64,000 nucleotides of DNA from contig QPGO01000205.1 of NCBI GenBank assembly GCA_008632985.1, forward strand, positions 1-64,000, read 5' to 3'. The position numbers and the translations under genes are program-made. A model generated the notes under the pieces. That model saw nothing but the letters and a program-made list of their open reading frames with translations, searched no databases and had not been told where the DNA came from. Below, piece after piece: positions 28,537 to 42,284 of this stretch (position 1 is the stretch's first letter; each line of letters starts with the position of its first letter). The stretch is from Psammoneis japonica. Its lineage: Eukaryota.

Positions 28537-31500
28537 ATGTCTGCGCCTTTAGACAATGTGTACATCGAAAATGTGCCTCGGCAGCATAAAAAGGCACATC
28601 GCAAGCATACGGGGCCTCATTGGCACATGGAGGATCTTGAACCGCTAGAACCACCACCCATGCCCATGATTCATGGCCGAACAGGTGCACCACGTCCGAG
28701 TCGTCCAAGCCAATCTCAGCGACAGGAAGGCTTTCCGCAAGAGGTGCCGGAAACGAAATGCTCAACATACAAAGAGGATGATCTAGTATCTGAAAAGATG
28801 AAAGGTGTCACGCAACGGGGTAAGAAGAAACCTGGTTTGAGAGAGACAGCGAAACGGCGACAGGAAAGCTTTCCTCGAGAGGTTCCGGAAACGAAATACT
28901 CACCTCGTCAAGAGGATGATTACATCTCTAAAAAGAAGAACAAGACAAATGGAGCAAACCGCAACTGGGAAAAGAAGCGTAGAGATGCACCAGTCTTTTC
29001 GTCTTCTGCTGGAGATCGTTCTCGCGAATACTTCTACGAGAGAAAGGAAAGGAGGAAATATCAAAAGTCTGACGTAGCAGGGTCTTCCGGTCCCGGCGCA
29101 ATGCCACCACCTTCTCAAAACGACTACGACGAGCAACACATGGGTCCAGGAGCCTTTCATGAAGGATTCGCGTCTTCCGAAAATGATGCGGAGGAGGGAA
29201 TCGCTGCCAATCAAGACATGACGAGCCCAGCACCACTGCCTGAACAACTCCAGTCTCATGAAGAAGAAGAAGATCTCGTCGTGGCAGCCAAGGTGGTTCG
29301 GAGCGATAGCGACGTTCTAGAAGAAGCCCGAGATCGTGTCATGAAGGAAGCCCAGGTAGCGGATATTCTTCCGCCAGACAAGTTCTTTTCCTTCAGAAAC
29401 AAAAAGCTAATGGTTGCTCTTGTCGGACTTATCCTGATCATTGTCGGGGTTGTTTTGGTAGTTACGGTTGGCCTACGCAAGAGCGGGGGAGATCCTGCGC
29501 CTGCTGTTCCTCCAGAGTTTGTTACCGTGTTGGCCCCGATATCGGGAAATGAACCGTTCGAGGACCCTTTGACTCCCCAATACCAAGCTGCCATGTGGCT
29601 TGCGAGAAATGACACTGCAGCGCTTGATCCTGGCACTGACTCGGATGCTGAGATACAGCAGCGTTACATTATTGCATTGTTGTACTATGTTACCAATGGA
29701 GATAGCTGGAACAATCAGTACGGTTTCTTGTCAGAATCCAGTGTCTGTGAGTGGAACGACGCTAATTCTGGCATCGGCGTTCACTGTGAAGACCAAGAAG
29801 CGGTTACAAAGATCAGTCTTGGTAAGAAGATTGCGTTTGTGGTGCTGGGCTTTATTGTTATCAATGTGTCTAACGCTGTACCTTATTCCATCTCGGCCCA
29901 TTGCTTCTCCGTCGATTCGTTGAAATCAGAATCGAACAATTTAGTAGGGTCGCTTCCTGATGAGATCACACATTTACCAGAGCTACAGCTTATTGCAATG
30001 AGGAATAATTCTCTTGGTGGAACGATCATGCCCTCTATTGGCGATTTGTCTCGGTTGATCCATTTCGACCTTGAAATGAACGACTTAAGTGGGACCATGC
30101 CAGAATCGCTTTACTCCTTGTCGAATCTCGAGCTCTTATGGTTGGAACAAAACAAGATAGGGGGGACAATCTCCAGCAGCATTGGAGCCATGACGAATCT
30201 CAAACACTTCAACTGTTCAGAGTGTCAGTTGAGTGGAGATATTCCTTCTGAAATATTCAGCTTGGGAAGTCTGGAAGAGTTGTTACTTGCAGACAACACA
30301 TTGACAGGGATACTGTTTCCTCTCGACCGAGCGCCCAACCTTCGCATTGTGGATTTTCACCTCAATGAACTATCCGGTTCTCTCGAGAACTTCATTCGAT
30401 CAGCTCCAGCTAGTTTGGTTCATCTGGATTTGTCCTTCAACAAATTCAAAGGACACATCCCAGCCTTTGCATCAAAATTGGACCGTTTGGAGACATTCTC
30501 AGTTGAGTCAAACGGATTGTCTGGCAATGTTATGGATTTCTTTGCCACGGCGCCCCGTTCTCTGACGACGCTTCTAATGTATGAGAACGCTTTCGATGGC
30601 AGTCTGCCGAGTTCCATTGGAGAAATCGCTTCCTTGAGGAATCTTGCTCTCCATTCGAACGACTTCACTGGTGGCATACCAAGTGAAGTTGGCAGATTGA
30701 GTCATCTCGAGGTTATATATTTGAATGATAACAATCTTGGATCGACCATCCCGACCGAACTCGCGGCTTTGTCGAACCTTACGGCTATCAATCTAGCTAC
30801 CAGCAACCTCCGGGGCACCATTCCGCAAGCAATTGGAGATCTACCTTTTCTTGAGCATTTGTTGATTACTGGAAATAACTTGAATGGCACACTCCCTGAC
30901 TTCTCTGGCAACCAGGGGCGCTTACTTTCGATTTTTGCAGGCGGAAATAAGCTTTCGGGCCGTTTAGAGAAGTTTTTTGAGTCTGTTCCGCACTCTCTTC
31001 AGACCTTAAGTTTGGACGGCAACAAGCTCTCGGGATCCATACCGCAAGATCTTGGCGATCTGTCTGACATAACGGGTTTGTGGTTATATGAGAACCATAT
31101 TACCGGCAGCATTCCAACAGAGGTTGGACTTTTGAATATACTGTTTTCTTTCGGAATCTTCGACAACCACATTACAGGAACGTTACCGACCGAGTTAGGA
31201 CTGATAAGTGCTCTGGAAGAATTCATCGCTCATACAAATTCGATTACTGGAAACGTGCCTTCGGAAATTGGGAATTGTAGCAAGCTTCTTTCGCTTGATT
31301 TGTCATACAATCGCCTGGTTGGAAGCATACCCCAGACCATAGCAGACCTCCCAATGACATATGCAATCAGTTTGGGAAATAACTTGATGACAGGGACCCT
31401 TCCTGATTTTGCTGCAAATCAAAACGCACTGAGTGCTTTTAGAGCTGAGAACAATAGCATTTCAGGCAATGTGGAGCAGTTCTTCGCATCAACGCCCTCG

Positions 31501-32008
31501 TCAGCGTTGCAGACCGTGGACTTGGGTCTCAACCAGCTCGTTGGCAGCATCCCACCATCAATCGGAAACTACGCGGAACTCGAAACTTTAGTAGTTTCAC
31601 AAAATCTCCTCACTGGAAGCCTTCCTTCGCAACTTGCCCAATTATCAAAGCTGAAGAATTTGTTTTTAGCCTTTAACTCGTTGACCGGACCCGTCCCTGA
31701 TAGCTTGGCTCTCCTCCCGCAGCTTGGTAAGCATCGTTTACGCTGCTCTCAAGTATTTCCTTCCCAACTGCAGTAGCGTACTATCTTGTCCTCAATCCCA
31801 TTTGCACCTCCTTTCTCAACTACAAACAGACGTTCTCTGGGTAAACGGGAACCGCCTTTCTGGAGATTTGGATGCGTTCTGTGCACGCGAAGAGCCCCTC
31901 GATTCGCTGATGGCAGATTGCCTGGCTCCGGAAGAAATACGTTGCAGTTGCTGCCATGTTTGCTGCAATGATACATCCTGTTGCGATAGTGGCGGCTCTT
32001 GCATATAG
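28537..32008 (+). CDS. LRR receptor-like transmembrane protein, copy 1; join(28537..29821,29930..31726,31830..32008)
   Basis: Disordered N-terminus, TM helix (LMVALVGLILIIVGVVLVVTV), QQRY..W..GFLS..CEW cap, many plant-type LRRs (LxxNxLxGxIPxEI) and a Cys-rich tail CSCCHVCC; two GT-AG introns. Confidence 0.9.
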
Positions 32009-32749
32009 TCTAGGCATCTTAGGACATTTATCAGAATACCAGTACATACCAACTTCCCTCTAACCTCTATAACATTTACATAATTCGTGTTCAAACGACG
32101 GCACTACACCCTATGCCATTTTCATTGGATTCCCTCATTTTTCTTTCCGCACGACGCATGCAGGGAGCTGCAGGAAAAAACGGCTTGTGGCACTGCGGCG
32201 CGGATGACAAGCTACCGAATCGAAAAATTTGCGACATCGCAAAATTTGCGACAAATTCCGAATCCCCGCACAATCATCGCGCGGCGAGTCGAGAAACGAC
32301 CCTTGTCACCCTCCAAGATCGTCTTTGCGACGCGGCCAACATCCTCTGGTGCAATTCAAGGTGCAGGCGTTCTTTCTACTTCGATTAAGAAAAGATATGA
32401 TGCACGAGAAATGACAAGAAATCCTTATTTTCAAAGGAAATTGCCTTCTCGTGACAGCAACTCATGCCGACGCATCGCAAGATTTCAACAAAAAATGACC
32501 TTTTTGGATGATTACACCGCCTTTCCTCACAAACAAAACGTCATATAGCTCTTCATAATGATAATAATCTGATTGGTTTGTTATTTCATGTCACTTACAG
32601 ACCTTCGGTTGTCGAAACAGCATCATTTGCTCATTTGAAGCGAAAAATGAAGCACTCAGAGACCTCGCACGTGCTTTCATCGTGAAAAAATTCGAGCTAT
32701 TTGTTTTTATAAATTAATTTGCGATTCGCAAATTTTGCGTTTCAGTAGC

Positions 32750-34740
32750 AAGATGACAGTGTCCTGTGCGCGAAAAGCGCAGCCATGTTGTGGTCCTGCA
32801 CGCTGGGCACAGACAGACGCAACCCTCAGCAGCACATGCACCGCCCCGCATCTTTCACCAGACACCGACTTCGACAACGAGCAGAGCTGTTCTCAGGTGG
32901 CCTTGGCAGTGCTCATTGGATGAGCACACCAGCTCCAACTCCTGCCAACAATGATGATGCCACCGGCATTGTGAATGGAGCCGGTGTTGCTCTTGCAGTG
33001 GAGGGACGTGGTGGCAGGGTGCAAGGAAGTTGGGAGAGACTTCAAGCCCGCGGTGTCTTGCAAGCCACTTGCAAGGGCTCTGTCATCAAAGCCAGCCATG
33101 TCATGTTGGTTGTTGTGGCTCAATCTGGCGCTTGTGCTGCCGTGGACCTTTCTGGCACCTGGCTGTCTGTCGCGGGCAATGGGCCAATGCTCGGTTGCAC
33201 CCCCCAACGGCCGCAGCACTCCGCGGACGTGGGGATGCTCTCGACGCAGCTCTCATCTTCAAAGCTTCTGCTGAAGCAAGGGGGCAGCCATGGGGGCCAT
33301 GGTGACAATGAACTGCACAGCATGTGCAAGTGCCCCGAAGCTCTTTCAGACTCTGGGAAAGTCAACAAGGTCCGTTTTTTGGGTGGGCGCGATGTGTCCA
33401 GGGCCACTCACGCGGACCTCAAGTCAGAAGATTCAACACACTGTGCCATGGAGAATCCAAAAGTCAAGTTGATTGATGCTGCAGGCAATGGTGTTGGACT
33501 CATCAGTGGCGGCTGGGAGCCTTCACAAAGGCAGGTGTGTGGTGGGGTGCACGCGTGCTTGAGTCGTCAATGCACAGGTTGGGATTTGGGGTCATTGGCA
33601 ACTGACCGGCATGACAAAATGCTGCTTTTGACAACAGCCTTGGCACAACCAGTTGTTTGTGATGGAGTGCACAACTTGGCAGTGCTCAATCTTGGGCTTG
33701 CGCTTCGTCCTCATCACCTGCTGCTCGTGTCTGAGAGAGAGTCTCACGTCCAAGAGAGAGTCTGATGTCTGTCTTCAGTCTTTCTAAAAAAATGTGCAAA
33801 ACCATGCAAGACATTTTTTCTTGCAGCTCCCAGTTCACAGCACTTGCCTTGCAGTGCTGGCCTCCCAGCGGGAGTGAGCTCACAGTGGGTCACTCCGGAA
33901 AACACAAAAAAACACAAATTTGTGTCGTCCACAAGACACAAAATTGTTGGGTCATGAGCACCAGGATTTGTGTCTTTTTTACATAAATCTGGAAGACGTG
34001 AGGGTGCTGCATGTCTGCCAGATTTTGTGTCTCATGACACAAACAGGAGGGGATCTCAACAACAAAAATGGGCATCACATGCAACGGCACTTTGGAGCCC
34101 CTTTTATGGCAACTTCTGTTGATCAATCATCACGACACTCAATGCAGTTGATGACATTGATTGATTGTGATCTGTGGCTTGAAAGACAAGATGAATTGTG
34201 GCAGCCAATGTGCAGAGTGCGGTGCATTGTTCGCAATGCAAAAAACTGCACTTTTGTCGTTTCGCCACAAACGCAAGAGCCGCAATGAGTGAGGCATCTA
34301 GAGTGAAGGCCAATGCAATGACAGAACCGTACACGACTAAAAGAAATGTGACAGATTCAATGGAAAAGTTCATTTTCCCCTTTTCCCACGATGAGGGGGG
34401 TGCCATTGCCACAGTTTGCAATGATCTGCTGCGTGGTTTTGCTGTGTCTAAAATCAATCACAAGTTGACCACAAGCACTTCATAATGCCAAGACAACACT
34501 TATGATCACACACATTACTCCCGTTTCACAAACGTTTTTCTCATTGCCACAAGGTGATGACAATTGAGCCGTCTGGGGCGCTGTTTGTCATGGTGGCATC
34601 GAATGAAAAAATGCAGGATTTCAATTTGCCCTTTCGAGCTCTGACAAAGATCGAGATTGGCGGCCCAGGTGGACAGCTAAAAAATTTGGGTATGCGTTTG
34701 TGTTTTCCGGAGCGGCCCAGTGCTGCTTCGTGCTCCCGTG
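32750..34740. repeat. TpA-depleted degenerate insertion (island D) between the LRR paralogs
   Basis: Not part of the duplicated unit; TA nearly absent; preceded by TTTGCGA/TCGCAAA palindromic motifs. Confidence 0.7.
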
Positions 34741-35091
34741 CTCAGTGCAAATGCGATGAATGGTATGCCATCGGTTGCACCATGAAAAAGCCTGTTCATA
34801 AGTCAACCAATGTCGAACATATGCCATCTAAGCATCTGGCAACTGGCAAGTCGAAAGTGATTTCTGGTTAAATCAGTATGCGAACCCACCGTGCAAGGAA
34901 TGCCGCGATGCTGAGTCCGGAAAACTCGTGAACGAAAACGCGAACGCCCAAAGAGGCAATGTCGATCGCGTTCTTTCTTCCCCAATCTATCACGAACACT
35001 GGAAAAGAAATAAATCGCAACTCCTCTAGAGAGACAATGTCTTCATCCTTGCCCATTGATTGAAATTCTAAGCAAGAACAACTCTGAATCC

Positions 35092-38000
35092 ATGTCTGCG
35101 CCTCAAGACAACGTGTATAACGAAAACGTGCCTCAGCAGCATGAAAAGACCGGTCAGAGGCATACGGTGCCTCACCGGCACATGGAGGACCTTGAACCGC
35201 TAGAGCCAACACCCATGCCCACGATTCATGGCCGTAGGACAGGTGCACCACCTCAGCGACAGGAAGGCTTTCCGCAAGAGTTGTTGGAAATGAAACGCTC
35301 CCCACACCAAGAAGATGATCTTGTATCCGAAAAGAGGAAAGGAGCCAATCGACGTGGTAAGAAGAAACCTAAGAAACGGCGACAGCAAAGCTTTCCTCAA
35401 GAGGTTCCGGAAACGAAATGCTCACCTCGTCAAGAGGATGATCACGTCTCTAAAACGATGAACAAGACGAATGGAGCAAACCGCAACTGGGAAAGGAAGC
35501 GTGTTTCTAGAGAGGTTCCAGTCTATTCGTCTTCACAACAGGCTGGAGATCGTTCTCGCGCTTACTACGAGAGAAAGGAAAGGAAGAAATATCAAGAGTC
35601 TGATGTACCAGGGTCTTCCGGTCCAGGCGCAATGCCACCACCGTCTCAAAACGAAGCCGCTACAGGCAACTACGACGAGCAACACATGTCTCCAGGAGCC
35701 TTTCATGAAGGATTCGCATCTTCCGAAAATGATGCGGAGGAGGGAATCGCTGCCAATCAAGACATGACGAGCCCAGCACTACTGCCTGAACAACTCCAAC
35801 TCCAGTCTCATGAACATGAAGAAGAAGATCTCGTCGTGGCAGCCAAGGTGGTTCGGAGCGATAGCGACGTATTAGAAGAAGCTCGAGATCGCGTCATGAA
35901 GGAAGCCCAGGTAGCGGATATTCTTCCACCGGACAAGTTCTTTTCCTTCCGAAACAAAAAGCTAATGGTTGCTCTTGTCGGAATTATCCTGATCATTGTC
36001 GGGGTTGTTTTGGTTGTTACGGTTGGCCTACGCAAGAATGGAGGAGATCCTATGCTTTCTGTTCCTCGAGAGTTTGTTACCGTGTTGGCCCCGATATCGG
36101 GAAATGATCCGTTCGAGGACCCTTTGACTCCCCAGTACCAAGTTGCCATGTGGCTTGCATGGAATGACACTGCAGCTCTTGATCCTGGCACTGATTCTGA
36201 TGCCGAGATACAGCAGCGTTATATTATTGCATTGCTGTACTATGTTACCAAAGGAGAGAGCTGGAACAATCAGTACGGCTTCTTGTCAGAATCTAATGTC
36301 TGTGAGTGGAACGACGCTAATTCTGGCTTCGGCGTTCACTGCGAAAACCAAGAAGCGGTCACAAAGATCAGTCTTGGTAAGAAGTCAATGCATTTGTGGT
36401 GCTGTGCTTTGTTGTTATCACCGTGTCTAACACAGTACCTTATTCCGTCTCGGCCCATTGCTTCTCCGTCAATTCGTTGAAAACAGCATCGAACAATTTA
36501 GTAGGGTCGCTTCCCGACGAGATCACACATTTACCAGAGCTACAGCTTATTGCTATGTTTAATAATTCTCTTGGTGGAACGATCATGCCCTCCATTGGCG
36601 ATTTGTCTCGGTTGATTCATTTTGACCTTGAAATGAACGAGTTAAGTGGGACCATGCCAGAATCGATTTACTCCTTGTCGAATCTCGAGCTCTTATGGTT
36701 GCAACAAAACAAGATATGGGGGCCAATCTCAAGCCATATTGGAGCCATGAAGAATCTCAAACACTTCAGCTGTTCAGAGTGCCAGTTGTGTGGAGAAATT
36801 CCTTCTGAATTATTCGGCTTGGAAAGTCTGGAAGTGTTGTTACTTGCAGACAACACATTGGGCGGAATTCTCTTCCCTCTTGACCGAGCGCCCAACCTTC
36901 GCATTGTGGATTTTCACCTCAATGGACTCAGAGGTTCTCTTGAGGATTTCATTCTATCAGCTCCAGCTAGTTTGGTTCATCTCGATTTGTCCTTTAACAG
37001 ATTCAGAGGACACATCCCCGCCTTTGCATCAAAATTGGACCGTTTGGAGACATTCGCAGTTGAGTCAAACGAGTTGTCCGGCAAGGTTGTGGAATTCTTT
37101 GCCACGGCGCCCCGTTCTCTGACGACACTATTAATGTATGAGAACGCTTTCGATGGCAGTCTGCCCAGTTCCATTGGAAAAATCGCTTCTTTGAGGAATC
37201 TTGCTCTCCATTCGAATGACTTCACTGGTGGCATACCAAGTGAAGTTGGCAGATTGAGTCATCTCGAGGTTATATATTTGAATGATAACAATCTTGGATC
37301 GACCATCCCGACCGAACTCGCGGCTTTGTCGAATCTAACGGCCATCAATCTAGTTGCCAGCAACCTCTGGGGCACCATTCCACCAGCCATTGGAGATCTA
37401 CCTTTGCTTGAGCATTTGTTGATCGATGGAAATAACTTGAATGGCACACTCCCTGACTTCTCTGGCAACCAGGGCCGCTTACTTTCGATTTTTGCAGGCG
37501 GGAATAAGCTTTCGGGCCGTTTAGAGAAGTTTTTCGAGTCTGTTCCGCACTCTCTTCAGACCTTAAGTTTGGGCGGCAACAAGCTCTCGGGATCCCTTCC
37601 GCGATATCTTGGCGATCTGTCTGACATAACGGGTTTGTGGTTGTATGAGAACCATATTACCGGCAGCCTTCCAACAGAGGTCGGACGTTTGACTAACCTA
37701 TTGTCATTTGCAATCTACGACAACCATGTTACAGGAACGTTACCGACCGAATTAGGACTGATAAGTGCTCTGGAAGAATTCATCGCTCATACAAATTCAA
37801 TTACTGGAAACGTGCCTTCGGAAATTGGTAATTGTAGCAGGCTTCTGTCGCTTGATTTATCAGAAAATCGCCTGGTTGGAAGCATACCCCAGACCGTAGC
37901 AGAGCTCCCAATGACATATGCAATCAGTTTGGGAAACAACCTGATGACCGGGACCCTTCCTGATTTTGCCGCAAATCAAAACGCACTGAGTGCTTTTAGA

Positions 38001-38565
38001 GCTGAGAACAACAGCATTTCAGGCAATGTGGAGCAGTTCTTCGCGTCAACTCCCTCGTCAGCGTTGCAGACCGTGGACTTGGGTCTCAACCAGCTCGTTG
38101 GGAGCATACCACCATCAATCGGAAACTACGCGGAACTCGAAACTTTAGTAGTTTCCCAAAATCTCCTCACTGGAGGCCTTCCTTCGCAACTTGGTCAGCT
38201 ATCAAACCTGCAGAAATTGCTTTTAGACTTTAACTCCTTGACAGGACCCGTCCCTGATAGCTTGGCTCTCCTGCCGCAGCTTGGTAAGCATCATTTACGC
38301 TGCTCTCAAGTGTTTCCTTTCCAACTGTAGTAGCGCACTATCTTGTCCTCAATCCCATTTGCACTTCCTTTCTCAACTACGAACAGACGTTCTCTGGGTG
38401 AACGGGAACCGGCTTTCTGGAGATTTGAATGCGTTCTGTGTACGCGATGAGCTCCTCGATTCGCTGATGGCAGATTGCCTGGCTCCGGAAGAAATACGTT
38501 GCAGTTGCTGCCATTTTTGCTGCAATGATACATCCTGTTGCGATAGTGGCGGCTCTTGCATATAG
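35092..38565 (+). CDS. LRR receptor-like transmembrane protein, copy 2; join(35092..36376,36487..38283,38387..38565)
   Basis: Collinear paralog of copy 1 with the same intron positions and an intact frame after splicing. Confidence 0.9.
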
Positions 38566-38780
38566 ACATCTTAAGACATTTATCAGAATACCGGTACTTA
38601 CCAACTTCGCTCTAACCTCTATAATCTTTACATGATTCGTGTTCAAACGACGGCACTACACCCTATGCCATTTATTGGATTCCCTCATTTTTCTTTCCGC
38701 ACGATGAACCAAGTCGGAGCAGTCGTAACTTCTTCTAAAGTATTGTACAAAAAGACTGTCCTTTCCCATGCCCATGCATT

Positions 38781-39812
38781 TTAACTTTCGGCTTTTACTT
38801 TTTTCAGATTGGCGTAAAAGTATCTGGCTTGTTTTTCTTCTGGAAATGTCTTTGCTTCTGCTTTGATATTTTTACTTGCATACTTTTTATGAAGCATCGA
38901 TTCCATGGTTTTTGACATTTTCTTTTGAATCATGGCCGGAAGATACTCGCTTTCAATGTGACTGCGAACACGTACGCCCATGAGCGAAAGATCCAATCCA
39001 CGAAACTGGAAAGGCCGCTGCGATCGACCGTGGTGGCTGTGTCACTAGTTTCGGCACTCACGTCGCCCACGCTACTTTCACCGTCACTTAAAGCACTATC
39101 ATCGTCGTCTTCCTCCTCCTCCTCCTTTTCCTTTTGACTTTCCTCAAGAAGTTTGGCCATGTCGACATGCTTCACTTGAACTTGAAGAACAAAGTATGGA
39201 CCTAGAGTGCATTCACAGGTACAACATCGAGATTAGAAGAGTTGAGGCGACATTAAAAGCCGCAAAAAAATGAAAACAATACCTTCACGAAACAATTCAT
39301 CTACAGCGACAGTTAACCCCTTTTGTTTCATTTTCATGGGAAGCTGATGCGGCATTTTCTCTGCCATTTTCTCCGCGATCTTGGACGGCGGAACGTTTGC
39401 GGCAGCACGGTTTGCTACGGATTTGGCCACTCTGTCTTTGAATTTCTGTGGTGCTGGCAGCGATTCTTGCTTTGCGCTTATTTTCTGGGTAACCTTTTCA
39501 CGAATTGCTTCAGAGGCGTCGTGTACTGCGAGGATGTACGATTCCAGAAGTGTGAGAACGGGATCGACAAGAAACAAGGCGATGTGTCAATCATTGTTCA
39601 GACATACCAGTGACATTTATGTAAAAAACTTTTCGATCATCATCCACCAAAGCAACGGCGTCGTTCGCTGGTGACTTTTCGGTGGTGTTTGTCTTAATTG
39701 GCGATATCTTTGCATCGGCAGCTTTGGCATTTTGAGAAGTATCTAATTGCTTGTTTCCATTTTCGTCATTCTGTTTTCTCAGCGGAAGCTTTGGCTTTGG
39801 AAATTGTGGCAT
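38781..39812 (-). CDS. Hypothetical protein, three exons
   Basis: ORF pieces MPQFPKPK...YINVT / VHDASEAIREK...LFRE / GPYFVLQVQVKHVD...KAES are joined by GT-AG introns. Confidence 0.7.
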
Positions 39813-40039
39813 GGTGGTACTTTGTCGATCACTTTAACCTCCCCAACACCCTTATATTCTCAAGAGAAGTGAACCTGACTCTACAGTGCGGTGCTCCCGT
39901 TGTCAAAGTCAACAACAACATCGACTCTTCAACTTCAAACCTGGTCGCCGGTCCCGGCACTGCGCGTCGCGCAACAGCGATGGTCATACTGTTGTAACAA
40001 GCGCGCATCTATTGCCCTTCGATCCTCACACCAAGGCGC

Positions 40040-42092
40040 GCGCGCCCACAAGAGACATGATGCACAGTTTTTTGGTCATCGCCTGGCAATTCCAACACCA
40101 TAGACCATGGACACTCCAATCATTTAATCAAACCTCGTGCAGCCACATTTCTTGTGCTGCAGGAACCTGTGGCGCTGAACAGTTGTCAAATGTAAAGTTT
40201 TCTCTGCCCCAGGCATGAATTCCTCAGATGAGGGTGGCAAACAAAACGACACGAGGGCTCTGGCGCTGCCGTCGAGGCGCTCGAGAGCAGGCTGACAAGG
40301 GCACACCCAAACCCCTGCAGCAGCAATCAAAAGGCTAAGGCTTGAGATGCCACAGCAGTCAACACTGTCAAATTTGCACCTGAGTTGTGGTGCATCTCTG
40401 TGTGCACCCTCTCGCGAGCTGGCTCTTCTTCTCTTTTTCTGCTCCCCCTCTTCTTTTGATGATCCTCGCCGATTTTTTGTGCCATCACAAAGTCAAAGGA
40501 AGGCTGCTTTTTCTCAGGAAGTGTTGGTTCAATGTCCACAAAGGGCAGCCAAATCCCTTGGAATGCACACAAGAGGAGTTGCAGCAGCAGCAGCAGCAGC
40601 TCTGTGAGTTTTTGTTTTGCTGCTGCTGTGAGAAAGCTCGCGCCTGCTGCTCTCCCCCCCTCCCACCAGCATCACAACTGGCAAACACCCAACAAATGTT
40701 CCTGTTTGCCTCAAAAAATGGCTTTCACTTCCTCAAGTTCTCATGCATGTGAAAAGAGCAGCTGTGTGTGCAGTGCCATGCACCACCCCCAAAAAATGTC
40801 TGACACCACACTGACACCTGCCTTGCTCCTCGTCACAATCACCATGAGTGACAGCTGCCAGAACATTGTGGACAGAAAGGTTGCATGCAGAGATGGACAA
40901 TGTGGTTGAGACAGTGCAGCACAGGACAGCAGCATTTGCTTTGTGTCACAGCCTGAAACAATGACGATGGGATGAGAGTGCTTGCCTGCAAGTTGCTCAG
41001 AGAGGTGAAGAGGAGTGTCAAAATCAGTCTCCAGTGAAGCACCATCTTCACCCCCTGCTCTCTTGACACATGAAAGCACGGAATCAAGAAGGGGGCTCAG
41101 GCACAACCAAACTCACTTGCAGCTGCCATGAACAGGATCTTGCGACGCTCTTGAGAGCAAAGCTCTTTTAAGATTTTTCGATGTTTGAGGTCTCCACATG
41201 AGTGCAGGTGGCCCTGTGGTGGCTGATGAAAAGCACTCAGATTTCCTTCTTGGGGATCTGGCAGCAAAATTTCCTTGAGCTGCCAAAGTCATTTTGCATC
41301 ATGCAGATGATCTTGAGCAGGAAAGACGAGCTTCATCATGGTGTCTGGCTGCATTGCTTCCCACAAAAATGATGGACATGCCCATTGAGCAAAGGACAGC
41401 AGGAGCTTGTCTTGCAACTGTGTGGCAGGGGAGCACTCAAGTCATTGTCATCAAACAAACAGTCAAGCTTGACAGCACTGGTGGCAAGCTGGGGGAGGTG
41501 TCAGCACCCTCTGAAAACAACGAGATCTTTTTCATGAGGTTTGATGCCCCCTCCATGACAAAGTGCAAAGAGGGTCTTTGTGAGCAAAACCTGGCAGCAA
41601 CTGCTGCACCTGTGCAAACTTGGCGATGAGATTGAGCACAGGGAACCACAACAGCAAGTGGGGCTTTGGCAGCAGTGTGCCCTCCTCTTGCAGAAACAGC
41701 AAACAGTGCTGTGGCTCACAACTTGTGCTGACCCCAGGATCTGCGCCAACAGCAGCTGCACTGCCCTTGGAGCCCTTCTTGTTGGGGCCACTGCTCTTGG
41801 CATTGTTTGCCTTCTGCCTGTCTGCCAGCTCTCTTTTGTTCTTTTTGGGTTGAAGAGCTTTGGGGGGGCAGGTTCTTTCCCAGCACCTGCGCAGCAGCAG
41901 CTCTGTGTGTGGCACTTGGACCACCAGCACCATGGCTCCTCTCTCGATGAAGTTGTCAGTGACAATGAACCTTCCTCACGACACAAGGCCCTGCGGATGC
42001 ATGAGTCACACTCTTCGTTGTTGTTGCAGACACATGATGATCTGCACATGACGTTGTGCGAATGTTCTTGGTGGCGTTTCATCTCGTCATCC
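40040..42092 (-). repeat. Degenerate copy of an unidentified multi-copy repeat (homologous to 51770-54480)
   Basis: Shared blocks cagttgtcaaatgYaaagtt, gcatgaattcctcaga, aaggcttgagatgYcacagcag and gagcact..gtcattgtcat; TA-depleted. Confidence 0.75.
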
Positions 42093-42284
42093 CGAGTGAA
42101 TTTGGATGGAGAAGTGAGAGAGGACAATGTTGCGATTGGTGACTGGTTGACATGTGTGAATCAAGTGGTGTTCTAACAACACTCTCACAATCTAATCAGG
42201 TTTGGGTTCGCATCAACAGTGTTGCGACTTTCCATCAGACGCAAGGTGTCGTGCTTGTTCTTTCATCACATTGAGATTCATTTG
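42093..42284 (+). repeat. 5' LTR
   Basis: Gap-free alignment with 48753-48944, 15 substitutions. Confidence 0.93.

Larger units (their letters stand above)
28150..38704 (+). repeat. Tandem segmental duplication: about 28150-32154 and about 34748-38704
   Basis: Shared upstream sequence (gcgatgaatggtatgc...), coding sequence, introns and 3' flank (...ttccgcacga). Confidence 0.92.

Noticed and set aside
29822..29929. Second hydrophobic 'TM' segment in the LRR copy 1 ORF
   Set aside because: It is a 108-nt in-frame GT-AG intron; the equivalent intron breaks the frame in copy 2.
32155..34747. Terminal inverted repeats for the inter-LRR insert (gcagggagc / gctcccgtgc)
   Set aside because: The match is too short and imperfect, and no TSD was identified.
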